DNA of 64,000 nucleotides from an uncultured delta proteobacterium (lineage in GTDB: Bacteria > Desulfobacterota > Syntrophobacteria > BM002): NCBI GenBank assembly GCA_963712115.1, contig CAVQGX010000021.1, positions 32,001 through 96,000 on the forward strand, written 5' to 3'. How positions within the stretch are numbered: position 1 is the first letter of the stretch; every line of letters starts with the position of its first letter. Shown in pieces: positions 40,219 to 50,683 of this stretch. The notes beneath the pieces are model-generated. The model was not told where the DNA came from. It saw only the letters and a program-made list of their open reading frames with translations, and searched no databases. The position numbers were made by a program, and so were the translations under genes.

Positions 40219-41454
40219 TTAGGGAGATATTTTGTTGCGGATGCGCTGGACTGCTTCTTCGGTTTTTTCCCTACTACCAAAAGCACTCAGGCGAAAATAA
40301 CCCTCACCAGACGGCCCGAACCCTGAGCCTGGAGTTCCCACCACGTGGGCCTCGGCCAGCAAAAGATCGAAGAATTCCCACGAGCTCATACCGTTGGCAG
40401 TCTTCATCCAAATATAAGGTGCATTTCTACCGCCGTACACCGTAAAGCCAGCAGCACTGAGGGTCTTTCGAATTATCCGGGCGTTTTCCATATAATAATC
40501 AATGAGGTTTCGTACCTGAGCCTTACCTTCATCTGAGTACACAGCAGCGGCAGCGACCTGGACGGGATAGGATACGCCGTTGAATTTGGTTGTATGGCGA
40601 CGGTTCCAGAGTTTGTTAAGACTTACTGCTTCGCCCGATGTGCTACTGGCCACTACACCCTTAGGCACTACAGTGTAAGCGCACCTGGTGCCGGTAAACC
40701 CAGCTGTTTTGGAGAAGCTTCTAAACTCGATGGCGCATTCTTTGGCGCCCTGTATCTCATATATGGAATGGGGAATGTGCTTCTCGGTTATATAGGCCTC
40801 GTAGGCACCATCGAAGAGGATTACCGCCTGATTTTCTCGGGCATAGTCAACCCATGTTTGCAGTACCTGCCTATCCGCCACCACCCCTGTGGGGTTATTG
40901 GGAAAGCATAGATAAATGATATCTACTTTACGGGTGGGCAACTCAGGCAAGAAGCCATTGGCCTCGGTGCATGGCATATAATAGAGCCCATGGTAACGTC
41001 CTTTATCATCAGCCTTCCCCGTTCTACCTGCCATAACGTTGGTGTCCACGTAAACCGGATATGCGGGATCAGCCACAGCGATAAGGTTATCCACCGCAAA
41101 GATTTCCTGAATGTTGCCACTATCACATTTGGAGCCATCGCTGACGAATATCTCATCAGATTCCAGGGTAACACCTCTGGCCTCATAGTCATTGGCTATG
41201 ATGAGATCCAAGAGAAATTGATAGCCCTGCTCAGGGCCATAGCCTCTGAATGTCTCTGGACGGCCCATATCATCCGCTGCCTGGTGCAAGGACTTGATGA
41301 CCGCGGGTGGCAGGGGTTGAGTGACGTCACCGATGCCTAATCGAATTATTTCAGCTTTCGGATTTGCCTTTGTAAATGCCTGAACTCGACGGGCTATTTC
41401 TGGGAAAAGGTAGCCAGCTTTTAACTTCAGGTAGTGTTCATTTACCAACGCCAT
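40219..41454 (-). CDS. dapL: LL-diaminopimelate aminotransferase
   Basis: [56 protein letters not shown]. Confidence 0.96.
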   Translation of the reverse strand: MALVNEHYLKLKAGYLFPEIARRVQAFTKANPKAEIIRLGIGDVTQPLPPAVIKSLHQAADDMGRPETFRGYGPEQGYQFLLDLIIANDYEARGVTLESDEIFVSDGSKCDSGNIQEIFAVDNLIAVADPAYPVYVDTNVMAGRTGKADDKGRYHGLYYMPCTEANGFLPELPTRKVDIIYLCFPNNPTGVVADRQVLQTWVDYARENQAVILFDGAYEAYITEKHIPHSIYEIQGAKECAIEFRSFSKTAGFTGTRCAYTVVPKGVVASSTSGEAVSLNKLWNRRHTTKFNGVSYPVQVAAAAVYSDEGKAQVRNLIDYYMENARIIRKTLSAAGFTVYGGRNAPYIWMKTANGMSSWEFFDLLLAEAHVVGTPGSGFGPSGEGYFRLSAFGSREKTEEAVQRIRNKISP

Positions 41455-41574
41455 ACCAGTATCCTCCCTACATTGATCTTGGTGTCGAAGGGTAATGATA
41501 CAAAGTTTGACCCTATAAAGAAAGGACAAATAAGCATCTAGCTAACTCAGCCAAAAGACTTTCACAGCTTTCTA

Positions 41575-41590
41575 TGTTTCACGTGAAACA
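41575..41590. other. parS centromere site
   Basis: TGTTTCACGTGAAACA, a perfect match to the parS consensus, upstream of parA. Confidence 0.93.
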
Positions 41591-41872
41591 CTTGGACAGT
41601 CATTGGCAGAAAATAGTCAGGGATTTCAAGCTGATCTTCACCAAATTAGACGATAATACATTGGTATTATTGCGCATTGTCAAATCAAGCTCTAAGCTGC
41701 TGTTGGGCTTCCATTTCACTTTAAAAATTGAAGTTGGTGTGCTATTGTGTGCCAGCAGTATTCACCAGCGGGGAGCAGTTAGTTAAAGAATCGGGTAGAG
41801 TGCTTTCCAAATCAACTGGTCATGGCTACTACCTCTGAGCCAATTAAATTAATCTGAGATCAGGTAAGAGTT

Positions 41873-42652
41873 ATGGGCAAAATCATTGCCATCGCCAATC
41901 AAAAGGGAGGAGTGGGAAAAACCACTACTTCTGTGAATTTGGCCTCGTCGCTGGCCGTGGCTGAGAGGCGCACTCTTCTGGTTGACTGTGATCCTCAAGG
42001 GAATGCTACTAGCGGCTTAGGTATCCAGCGAGATCAGATTGAGAAAGACCTCTATCAGTTGCTCATTAATGAGACTCAGCCAGCAGAGACCTTGACTAAT
42101 ACAGCCTTGAAATACTTGCAGATCATCCCTGCAACTCGAGAACTCATAGGTGCTGAGATTGAACTTCAGGTTTTGCAGGCAAGAGAGAAGACGCTGCTGC
42201 GTTCCCTCAGTAGCTTGGTCTCTCAGTATGACTACATCATCATGGATTGCCCGCCATCGCTCGGCTTGTTGACGGTCAATGCCCTTACGGCTGCCAAGAC
42301 GGTGATAATTCCCTTGCAGTGTGAGTACTATGCGATGGAGGGACTGAGCCAACTGCTCAGAACCATCCAGTTGGTAAAAAGAACTCTAAACCCTGGCCTG
42401 GGAGTTGAGGGTATCTTGCTTACCATGTTCGACAGCCGTAACAATCTCTGCCATCAGGTGGCAAGCGAAGTCAGAACTCACTTCAAGGGGAGGGTGTTCA
42501 AAACGGTGGTACCCCGGAATGTTCGCTTAAGTGAGAGTCCTAGTCACGGCAAGCCTGCCTTACTATACGACGTGAATTCCACAGGGGCGAGAGCATATTT
42601 GGAACTTGCCAAAGAAGTAATCAGGCGCGAAACAAGTAACAACAATAGCTAA
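41873..42652 (+). CDS. parA: Chromosome partitioning ATPase ParA/Soj
   Basis: NQKGGVGKTTT, DCDPQGNAT, DCPPSLG, QCEYYA, RNVRLSESPSHG. Confidence 0.97.
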   Translation: MGKIIAIANQKGGVGKTTTSVNLASSLAVAERRTLLVDCDPQGNATSGLGIQRDQIEKDLYQLLINETQPAETLTNTALKYLQIIPATRELIGAEIELQVLQAREKTLLRSLSSLVSQYDYIIMDCPPSLGLLTVNALTAAKTVIIPLQCEYYAMEGLSQLLRTIQLVKRTLNPGLGVEGILLTMFDSRNNLCHQVASEVRTHFKGRVFKTVVPRNVRLSESPSHGKPALLYDVNSTGARAYLELAKEVIRRETSNNNS

Positions 42653-42810
42653 TCAAGCTCTCGGTCTCAACTAGCACAAAGGCTAAACAGGGTCAGCTAT
42701 AGAGATAAAGACTGGACAACCGACCAGGGTGGCGAATAAGAGCTCAAAATTTTGAGTTTATCGCTAGGGGAAGATCACCGATAACACCTAGAAGATAGGC
42801 ATGTGAGTTT

Positions 42811-43689
42811 ATGGAGAGCAACATTAAGAAAAAGGGATTAGGTAAAGGTTTGGGGGCGCTAATTCCCGACGCCGATCTCCTGGCACGAACCAGTGACAAG
42901 TTCTTTTTTTGCGGCATTGAGGAAATCACCCCCAATCCATACCAGCCTAGGCAAAACGTGCGCGACAAAGCCTTTGAAGAACTGGTTGAGTCCATACGGG
43001 AAAGGGGCATACTCCAGCCTCTTCTGGTGCGGAGCAAGGACGAAGGGTACCAGCTAATTGCCGGAGAAAGGCGGTGGCGGGCGGCACAACTCGCCGGTCT
43101 GCAGAGAGTACCCGTAATTGTCAAAGAAAGCGCTGAGCCCGAGTCCTTCGAGCTTGCCCTGATTGAGAACATCCAGAGGAAGGACCTAAATCCCATTGAA
43201 GAAGGAGAGGCCTACAATAGGCTTCAACAGGAATTTAATCTGAGTCAGGAGAATATTGCCAAGAAGATTGGCAAAGACCGCTCCACCGTGACCAATATGA
43301 TTCGTCTTCTCAAGTTGCCGGAGAAGATTCGCGTCGACCTGGTAGATGGTCTTTTGAGCATGGGGCACGCTCGGGCACTTCTGGCCTTGTCTAGTTCAGG
43401 TCTCCAGTTGCAGGCACGGGATGCAATTCTAAAAAGAGGCCTTTCAGTGCGAGAGACAGAGAAGCTGGTCCGAGATCTGCAGGCTAGAAAGAAGAAGTCA
43501 AAAGCTGTTCCGCAGCTGGATAGCCATATGCGGGCAATTCTTGATCGACTAATTCGTTACTTCGGTACCAAGGTAAGCATCACTCGCCGCGGCAAAAGAG
43601 GTATAATAGAGATCGATTTTTATTCTGACGATGACCTCCAACGCATTCTGGATTTATTTTGGCGAGGCTCTTCAACTTCAAAGGGTTAG
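42811..43689 (+). CDS. parB: Chromosome partitioning protein ParB/Spo0J
   Basis: GLGKGLGALI, NPYQPR, IAGERRWRAA, ENIQRKDL, HTH GKDRSTVTN. Confidence 0.97.
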   Translation: MESNIKKKGLGKGLGALIPDADLLARTSDKFFFCGIEEITPNPYQPRQNVRDKAFEELVESIRERGILQPLLVRSKDEGYQLIAGERRWRAAQLAGLQRVPVIVKESAEPESFELALIENIQRKDLNPIEEGEAYNRLQQEFNLSQENIAKKIGKDRSTVTNMIRLLKLPEKIRVDLVDGLLSMGHARALLALSSSGLQLQARDAILKRGLSVRETEKLVRDLQARKKKSKAVPQLDSHMRAILDRLIRYFGTKVSITRRGKRGIIEIDFYSDDDLQRILDLFWRGSSTSKG

Positions 43690-43832
43690 TTTGTCTGAAT
43701 CTATCCTTTCCAAGCCAAGACAACATTAGGCCAGAATTTCCTATAAGATTTGGCTTGCCACATATCCGCTCCTTTAGTCCGTCCAAGAGCAGTATTGTCA
43801 TAAGAAGAGATTCCGCAAAAAAAGCGAAGACT

Positions 43833-43917
43833 TTTGAGATGTTGGATATGAGATATGGGATGTGAGATGCTAAGCAAGAATCTCTATTGAACATCTCACA
43901 TCTTACATCCCATATCT
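43833..43917. repeat. 7-mer inverted array (gagatgt/acatctc)
   Basis: gagatgttggatatgagatatgggatgtgagatg...catctcacatcttacatcccatatct. Confidence 0.75.
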
Positions 43918-44005
43918 GCTTTATACTTATCTTCTGCTAAAAGTTGTGCACCTGCAATTTTGCCTTAGAAGATTCGAGTATAGTCTGGCTAGAAGAGGTA
44001 TAATG

Positions 44006-44536
44006 ATGGCTATGCATGTGCTCATTGATGGATACAATTTAATTCGCCGGTCCGCGACGCTAAGAGCTGAGGAGGAATTGTCCCTTGAACACGGAAGGAA
44101 GGCATTAGTTGAGAAGTTGCGACAATACAAACGGATCAAAAGGCACCGAATTACCATTGTTTTCGACGGTGCTGACAAGGTGACTCTAGCTGAAGAAAAG
44201 ACACAGCAAAAGGGCATCAAAATCATTTACTCCGGACAAGGCAGAACTGCAGACTCGGTAATTAGAAGGATCTGCCGGGATCAAGGCGAAAATGTTGTTG
44301 TAGTGACCTCAGATGGAGAGTTAGGAAGCTATGCTGAATCGTGTGGATCTGTGGTCATGGTTGCAGAAGAATTTGAGGCAAAAGTAGAAATGTCATCCTA
44401 TGCTAATTTAAAGGGGTTGGAGGGCGAGGATGAAGGGGAAGGCTGGAGCCCTGCTAAAGGTACAGGCAAGAGGGGACCGGCCAGAAGACCATCCAAGAAG
44501 GAGAGAAAAAGACGCCAAAAAAGGAAAAAGTTATAA
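44006..44536 (+). CDS. NYN-domain protein, YacP/Rae1-like RNase
   Basis: LIDGYNLI, IVFDG, YS..G.TAD, VVTSD. Confidence 0.88.
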   Translation: MAMHVLIDGYNLIRRSATLRAEEELSLEHGRKALVEKLRQYKRIKRHRITIVFDGADKVTLAEEKTQQKGIKIIYSGQGRTADSVIRRICRDQGENVVVVTSDGELGSYAESCGSVVMVAEEFEAKVEMSSYANLKGLEGEDEGEGWSPAKGTGKRGPARRPSKKERKRRQKRKKL

Positions 44537-44714
44537 AGATTGCAGATTTGAGATTTAAGATTGTAGATTTTAAAACTGTATATGACTTGAAATCATAACT
44601 CTACAATCTACAATCTTAAATCTTCATTACTCCACTACTCCAGATATAAACCGTTGAAGGGAAGGGGGCTTTACTCAAACACGGAACTATCGCAATGACT
44701 AGGGAGTTAGACAT

Positions 44715-45137
44715 ATGTACAAATCCATTCTGGTACCCCTTGATGGGTCCAAGCTGGCGGAAGCGATCCTTCCTGAAATAGAGAAAGTAGCATCCTGCAT
44801 GCAGGCAAGGATCATACTGCTGCGGGTGTGCCGTGCTCATGTGTTTCCAGGAAAGGACCCCACTGAAGCAGAAGTCGAGGTAGTTAGGAATGCCGAAAAG
44901 TATTTGGTAACCATTGCTGCCGATCTAAATGCCAAGGGTTTTGACGCCGAGCTGCACGTGCGTTACGGCGATGTGGCCGAAGAGATCCTAAGCCACAGCA
45001 AGCGCAATGAGATTGATCTGATCTCCATGTCTACCCACGGGAGAAGTGGTCTCGGTCGCTGGCTGCTAGGAAGTGTTGCAGAGAAAATCGTGCGTCACTG
45101 TGAAAAGCCAGTTTTACTTCTCAGACCGAAAGAGTAG
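44715..45137 (+). CDS. Universal stress protein
   Basis: ILVPLDGS, MSTHGRSG..RWLLGSVAEKIVR. Confidence 0.93.
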   Translation: MYKSILVPLDGSKLAEAILPEIEKVASCMQARIILLRVCRAHVFPGKDPTEAEVEVVRNAEKYLVTIAADLNAKGFDAELHVRYGDVAEEILSHSKRNEIDLISMSTHGRSGLGRWLLGSVAEKIVRHCEKPVLLLRPKE

Positions 45138-45388
45138 CGAATCAGCGGAAACTGCTTTGCGGAGTAATGGCTTATTAGAGAATAGCAATCATTCTCTTGA
45201 AATTTGCGCCAAGCAGACAGCTGGCAGCCGTTTCAACTAGGCATTAGGCACTAAGCACTAGGCACCAAACAGAAGTAGTCAGTAGCAAGTAGTTGAGAGG
45301 AACTCAATTTTGATTGCTTTTCTCCTGAATTCTGGATTCTGACTCCTGGCTCCTTTATCTATGCTCTATGCGGCGGGCTAAAGCCCGC

Positions 45389-45991
45389 CTATATCCTCCG
45401 CTCTTTTCCTTGCAGCAGAGCACGTATGTTGCTGCGATGCCGGATTACAACGAAGAGGGCAAATACAGAGGTAAGGCCCACATATACAAAATTATAACCT
45501 GTAAGTGCGGCCCAGGCTGGCAAGGTTAAAAGGGCGGTAAGAGAACCTAGAGATACGTATCGCCAAATCCAGGTGACAACAAGAAAAATGACAAATGAAG
45601 CAAGTGCTGCCTTGGGAATGAGAACGAGTGAGATGCCAAAGGCAATAGCCACTCCCTTGCCGCCACGGAAGTGGAGAAAAACTGAGGAAAGGTGACCAAA
45701 AAAGGCGGCCAGGGCCACCAATGCAACAATAAGTAGATTTCTCTCCGTGCCAGCAGACCAGATGCTCAGTGCCACAACAACCGGTAGCGCTCCTTTGGCC
45801 ATATCCATAACAAGAACCAAAAGGCCCCAACTCAATCCAAGGCTACGGGCAACATTTGTGGCGCCGATGTTCTTGCTCCCAACGGTGCGCACATCAATAT
45901 TGGCCACCCAACGACAGATCAAATAACCGTTGGGCAGTGAACCCAAGAGGTAAGCGGTCAAAAGGAAGGTGGCTATGCCTAGCAGTGCCAT
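45389..45991 (-). CDS. plsY: Glycerol-3-phosphate acyltransferase
   Basis: YLLGS.P, GSKNIGATN, DMAKG, GH, F.GGKGVA, RHRSNI. Confidence 0.95.
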   Translation of the reverse strand: MALLGIATFLLTAYLLGSLPNGYLICRWVANIDVRTVGSKNIGATNVARSLGLSWGLLVLVMDMAKGALPVVVALSIWSAGTERNLLIVALVALAAFFGHLSSVFLHFRGGKGVAIAFGISLVLIPKAALASFVIFLVVTWIWRYVSLGSLTALLTLPAWAALTGYNFVYVGLTSVFALFVVIRHRSNIRALLQGKERRI

Positions 45992-46320
45992 ACGTTCTTC
46001 TCTAGAGGTAAGATCCGTTCAAGATTACAGGTGGTCGCTACCGTATGACAAGCAATTTTTATTGGATCATGATCATTAAGCAGGGAAGGAACACCTAGAT
46101 TACATTTCAGATTGAAGATTTTAGATTTTAGATTCGACCAAGTCGAGATTACAACAATCTACAATCTTCAATCTGCAATCTAAAATCTTAGAGACGCTGG
46201 AACGCCTATTTTTTCTTGCTCTGTTTTATAGCAATGTAGTATATCGAGGTTGTTAGCGCTGATCCTACGAATTTGCAGCAAGAGAGAAAGAATACCGCCC
46301 GTCGAGTAAGAGTTGATCAT

Positions 46321-46755
46321 ATGAAGGTTTGCGTCATAGATGGTATGGGTGGAGGCATCGGCAACGCCCTTATCAAAAAGATCAAGGCAGCATTTCAGGA
46401 ACAAGTTGAGATCATTGCTCTGGGCACCAACGCCATTGCCACAGCACAGATGATGAAGGCCGGTGCCAACAAAGGTGCCAGTGGGGAAAATGCAGTTATT
46501 GTGACCGTGCGCAAGGTTGACGTTATTATAGGCTCCATATCAATATTGCTTGCTGATTCGATGATGGGGGAAATGACCGCCGGGATGGCCGCAGCTGTGG
46601 CAAGCAGTCCAGCGCTCAAATTTATTTTGCCACTTACCCAGGAAGCAGTGGAAGTAATAGGGGTGTCTGCTGAGCCCTTGCCCCACCTGGTGGATCACCT
46701 GGTGGAAAAGAGACTGCGCCCGCTGGTAGAAAGCAACCTGTATGGCCAGAAGTGA
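46321..46755 (+). CDS. DUF3842 family protein
   Basis: VIDGMGGGIG, LGTNAIATAQMMKAGA..GASGENA. Confidence 0.85.
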   Translation: MKVCVIDGMGGGIGNALIKKIKAAFQEQVEIIALGTNAIATAQMMKAGANKGASGENAVIVTVRKVDVIIGSISILLADSMMGEMTAGMAAAVASSPALKFILPLTQEAVEVIGVSAEPLPHLVDHLVEKRLRPLVESNLYGQK

Positions 46756-46842
46756 GGTCTACCTTCGAAGAGCTTTCCCAGTGCCTTCCCGCTGGAAGCT
46801 CTAATTCATATTCCCCTCTTTCGACCTTTTGCACTCACAAAG

Positions 46843-46858
46843 TGTTTCACGTGGAACA
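46843..46858. other. parS centromere site (second copy)
   Basis: TGTTTCACGTGGAACA, matching the consensus tGTTtCAcGTGgAACa. Confidence 0.88.
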
Positions 46859-46862
46859 TTCC

Positions 46863-47669
46863 ATGGAAGCCAGCAGTTCCCTCCTCTCAGAACAGATTAG
46901 AGATGGCCTTACCACTAAATGGCTGGGAAGGACCATTCATTTCTACGATGCAGTGGAGTCAACTAATTTGATTGCAATAGACCTGGCGCAACAGGGTGCG
47001 CCCGAAGGTACTGTTGTCCTGGCGGATCAGCAGCTCAGCGGGCGTGGTCGTGGTAGCCGATCCTGGCACTCACCTGCAGGAGTCGGAATTTATTGTTCGA
47101 TTGTCTTGCGGCCCAAAATGGCGGTTGCAAAAGCACAGCTCATAAACCTCATGGCAGGTGTGTCCATAGTCAAAGCTATAGCCCTGCGGACTGGACTTTC
47201 GCCTCGATTAAAGTGGCCCAATGACATTCTGATCAATGACAAGAAGGTGGCGGGGATTCTTTTGGAAAGCAAGGTTAGTGGAGTACAAATAGGGTACTCA
47301 GTGATAGGATTCGGTATCAATGTCAACAATAGTTCAGCAGATATTCCTGAAGATATTAGGGTAAGCGCCAGTTCTCTATTAATGGAGCAAAAAAAACCAG
47401 TGGATCGCAGTACATTGGTTATGGCGATTTTTTCGGAACTTGAAAGACTCTATCATAGGTTTCAGCGTGAGGATTTTCCGGTGATCCTCAAACAATGGCG
47501 TCACTACTCATCCACCCTGGGGCAACGGGTACGTATATGGCAAGAAGATAAAGCCACAGATGGAATTGCTGTTGACCTTACTGAAGACGGCGGTCTTCTT
47601 GTGAAGGTAGAAGGAGGGAAACAAATAGTTATTCACGCCGGAGATGTAGAACACCTGAGGATTTTATAA
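46863..47669 (+). CDS. birA: Biotin--[acetyl-CoA-carboxylase] ligase lacking the N-terminal HTH
   Basis: STN, Q..GRGR...W.SP, KWPNDI, KKVAGIL, GFGINV, AGDV. Confidence 0.92.
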   Translation: MEASSSLLSEQIRDGLTTKWLGRTIHFYDAVESTNLIAIDLAQQGAPEGTVVLADQQLSGRGRGSRSWHSPAGVGIYCSIVLRPKMAVAKAQLINLMAGVSIVKAIALRTGLSPRLKWPNDILINDKKVAGILLESKVSGVQIGYSVIGFGINVNNSSADIPEDIRVSASSLLMEQKKPVDRSTLVMAIFSELERLYHRFQREDFPVILKQWRHYSSTLGQRVRIWQEDKATDGIAVDLTEDGGLLVKVEGGKQIVIHAGDVEHLRIL

Positions 47670-47775
47670 GAAGTCAGCTAAGGGTGAAACTGATCGGCTA
47701 GCTAGGAGCTTTGAGACGCCTGAGGGGTGGGCAGGTTGGAGGTGGTGCTAGGTGGGCAAATATACCATCTGGGAT

Positions 47776-48144
47776 TTACTGACCACGGGCCTTCTCCATA
47801 GCCTCTTGCTTTTTCTTACACGAGATACAGAGTGTTGTAACCGGCCGAGCCTTTAGTCTTTCCTCCCCGATATCGTCGCCGCAAGCCTCACAGATTCCGA
47901 ATTCTCCCGAATCAATTCGTTCCAAGGCGCTTCTAATCTTTGAAAGGAGTTTGCGCTCACGATCCCGAATTCGAAGCATAAAGTTGCGGTCCGACTCTAG
48001 AGAAGCCCGATCAGTAGGATCCGGAAAAGTCTCGTTTGCCGTGGTCATACCGGAGACGGTCTTTTCCGCTTCCGCTAGTATTTCTTCAAACCTTTCTTTC
48101 AAGATCTCGCGGAAATACTCAATTCTCTCCTTATCCATTATCAA
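47776..48144 (-). CDS. dksA: RNA polymerase-binding transcription factor DksA
   Basis: PDPTDRAS.E, RDRERKL, CEACG...RLKARP...CISC. Confidence 0.95.
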   Translation of the reverse strand: MIMDKERIEYFREILKERFEEILAEAEKTVSGMTTANETFPDPTDRASLESDRNFMLRIRDRERKLLSKIRSALERIDSGEFGICEACGDDIGEERLKARPVTTLCISCKKKQEAMEKARGQ

Positions 48145-48214
48145 ACTCTCCTATGCCCGATACAGAAGAAAAATTTCTTAACATAGGATTCCACATATGT
48201 AAAGGATAAAATAC

Positions 48215-48706
48215 CTATGTGGTTGAAAAGTTTGGATCTCGGTAGAGGCCGCTTTTGCCACCGCTTTTCTCTAGCAGACGTATGTCATCGATGGTCATAC
48301 CCCGGTCATAAGATTTACACATGTCATAGATTGTTAACGCCGCAGTCGTAACCGCGACCAAAGCCTCCATCTCAACACCAGTTCGATCCCTGGCGTTAAC
48401 CTTAGCGAGGATGACAATCTCAGCCTTATCAGTGTCCGGAGTGAAATCTATTGTCACGCTGGTCAACCTCAGGGGATGGCAGAGAGGGATAAGCTCACTA
48501 GTTCGTTTTGCCGCCATAATTCCGCTCAATCTGGCGACTCCGAGAACATCACCTTTTTTTACACCTCCCGCGACAATGAGCTGTAGGGTTTCCGGTTGCA
48601 TACGAATCCTTCCCCTGGCAACCGCCCTGCGATCAGTAGAGGGTTTCTCTCCTACATCCACCATTCGTGCCTGACCAGATTCATCAAAATGAGTGAACTG
48701 TGACAT
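48215..48706 (-). CDS. moaC: Cyclic pyranopterin monophosphate synthase
   Basis: [44 protein letters not shown]. Confidence 0.96.
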   Translation of the reverse strand: MSQFTHFDESGQARMVDVGEKPSTDRRAVARGRIRMQPETLQLIVAGGVKKGDVLGVARLSGIMAAKRTSELIPLCHPLRLTSVTIDFTPDTDKAEIVILAKVNARDRTGVEMEALVAVTTAALTIYDMCKSYDRGMTIDDIRLLEKSGGKSGLYRDPNFSTT

Positions 48707-48721
48707 GGTTATCCCCTTTAT

Positions 48722-48880
48722 CGCAAAGCGCATAGAGCAGAGCGCATAGCGTTTGGCAAAGGGTAAGCAGTGAGCGGTAAACGGTTAAGGAAACGCGAAA
48801 ATAACGTTTACCGACTACCATTTACTTTTGACCATCTACTGAATTCTGACTTCTAACTCCTGGCTCCTCAGGTCTTACGC
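48722..48880. repeat. Mixed 7-mer arrays (gcgcata, ggtaaac/ttaccga, ctcctgg)
   Basis: agcgcatagagcagagcgcatagcg...gtaagcagtgagcggtaaacggtt...ttctgacttctaactcctggctcct. Confidence 0.6.
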
Positions 48881-48891
48881 TATACCGTGTT

Positions 48892-49659
48892 TCATTTTAC
48901 CTGAATAAGCACATAGAGATCGCCTGGTTGACCATTTTCACCACTGTCACCTTGACCCGAGATCTTCAAGCGACTGTTATTCTCCACTCCGGCGGGGATA
49001 TCCACCAATAAATCCTTTGTGATCTCCAGTCTCCCTTGCCCCTTGCAAGAAAGGCAGGGGAGCATACGGACCTTTCCTTTACCCTTGCACTTGGGACATG
49101 TGCCAATCGCTGAGAAGATACCGGACGATTCAGTGCACCTGCCACTGCCCTTACACCAAGGACAGGTCTGCAAATCGGAAGTCGAAATTGCACCATTCCC
49201 CCGACAAGCACCACAAGTTTCCATGGTATTGACTCGGATTTGCTTCATACCACCTTTGGCGGCCTCCTCTGAGGATACCTCTAGTTGGTAGCTGAGATCA
49301 GCGCCTCTAGACGGATGTGCTTGAGGGCGGAGTCCAGACATACCGAGAAAATCGAAAAATTCAGTAGCAAAGGTTCGCAGTACGTCCTCTGTACGCTCGA
49401 AGCCTTGGTAACCTTGCTCTCTCAGCCCGTCATAGCCTTTTTGGTCGTACAGACGCCGCTTCTTTCCATTACTTAAGACATGGTAGGCTTCCGCTACGAG
49501 CTTGAAATGCTCCTCGGAGATCAGATCTCCAGGATTGCGGTCGGGATGGTATTGGAGAGCAAGTTGCCGAAATCGCTTCTTGATCCTTTTTAGAGAGGCT
49601 CCCTTTCTTAGCCCAAGGATTTCGTAATAGTTCCGACTGCTCACAATACTAACACCCAT
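48892..49659 (-). CDS. Short DnaJ paralog (J domain, four CxxCxGxG repeats, CTD-I only)
   Basis: YYEILG, QYHPDRN, four CxxCxGxG repeats, ends GDLYVLIQVK*. Confidence 0.88.
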   Translation of the reverse strand: MGVSIVSSRNYYEILGLRKGASLKRIKKRFRQLALQYHPDRNPGDLISEEHFKLVAEAYHVLSNGKKRRLYDQKGYDGLREQGYQGFERTEDVLRTFATEFFDFLGMSGLRPQAHPSRGADLSYQLEVSSEEAAKGGMKQIRVNTMETCGACRGNGAISTSDLQTCPWCKGSGRCTESSGIFSAIGTCPKCKGKGKVRMLPCLSCKGQGRLEITKDLLVDIPAGVENNSRLKISGQGDSGENGQPGDLYVLIQVK

Positions 49660-49859
49660 TGGTGCAATATACAGCTAGTCACGTGCTACCTCTTCCAAGG
49701 GGTAATCCCAAGGGAAAGTTTTTTCATTGGAAGAAAAATAATGATACTGTTTTATCAACCTGAATACAATTGGAGAATCCGCCAGGAGTTTCTCCAGAAA
49801 TGAGTGGATAATTCTTCTTGTGTTCAAGAGCCAGTTTATATCGGTGTGCAAATGAAAGT

Positions 49860-49963
49860 GCCTTTGCCGATGTCTCTTCTGTCGTTCCAGGGGCTCCCCC
49901 ACCCACAGCCGGGGAAGTGGCACAGACCTTCCGCAGTCACTCAGAAGAAACATCAGCAAAGGC
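49860..49963 (-). ncRNA. Candidate structured non-coding RNA / element (copy B, short form)
   Basis: 22-bp closing stem (49860-49881/49942-49963) whose two mismatches become G-U pairs on the minus strand; the enclosed 60 nt are similar to 37152-37210. Confidence 0.5.
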
Positions 49964-50306
49964 CAAAAGGGGAAGCTGCGAAACAACCATGAAGATGTGG
50001 TGCTTCCTGAAGAGGAACTCTGCCAATAAATGAAGCGAAAATGCATCAGCGAGCACCAACCCAGTCCCGCCTTGGCGGGACTGGGGACTGCGAGCGAACT
50101 ACAATAAGATCCGACATATTCCTTACATTTCGAATCCTGCTTTAGCGGGATTCAATTGATCGTTGTGGAGTAGCTTTCCCGTGGCCTATCTCACAAAAAT
50201 ATTTTTGGGTAAACTCCTGGAGAATCCTCAGACAGCCTTCCCACCTCTTCTGGTAAAAGGGGGAAAGGCGCGGGCCCTGATCTTAGTTCGATATGGGAGG
50301 GATGCT

Positions 50307-50672
50307 ATGAAAATAGATGGAGCAAGAAAGAATATCTTAGGCTTTATGTATGCTGAACGGCTAAAATCGGCTCTTATCATTACAGGGCAACTCTTGGATG
50401 CGCTGGGGGATCTTAAAGAGGGAGAAAGGGTAGGTGGACTGAAAATGTTTAGTTTCTTTATCAAAGGTGTGACTGGCGAAATGCGACTGGCTGCAAATGT
50501 GATGGAAGATTCGGATTGGGATGGCCTGAGTGGACAGCTCAATCTTATGGAGGGTTACGCTCGTTTGGGGCAAATGGAGGCTGCAAGACAGGAATTAAGT
50601 CACACCTTGAGCCGGGCAACGACGCTTGGTGGTCGGGCCATGACCTACTTGAAGGAGGCCGACTTGCTTTGA
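50307..50672 (+). CDS. Hypothetical all-helical protein
   Basis: RBS gggagg before ATG 50307; 121-aa amphipathic helical ORF. Confidence 0.65.
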   Translation: MKIDGARKNILGFMYAERLKSALIITGQLLDALGDLKEGERVGGLKMFSFFIKGVTGEMRLAANVMEDSDWDGLSGQLNLMEGYARLGQMEAARQELSHTLSRATTLGGRAMTYLKEADLL

Positions 50673-50683
50673 CCTATCTCTCT

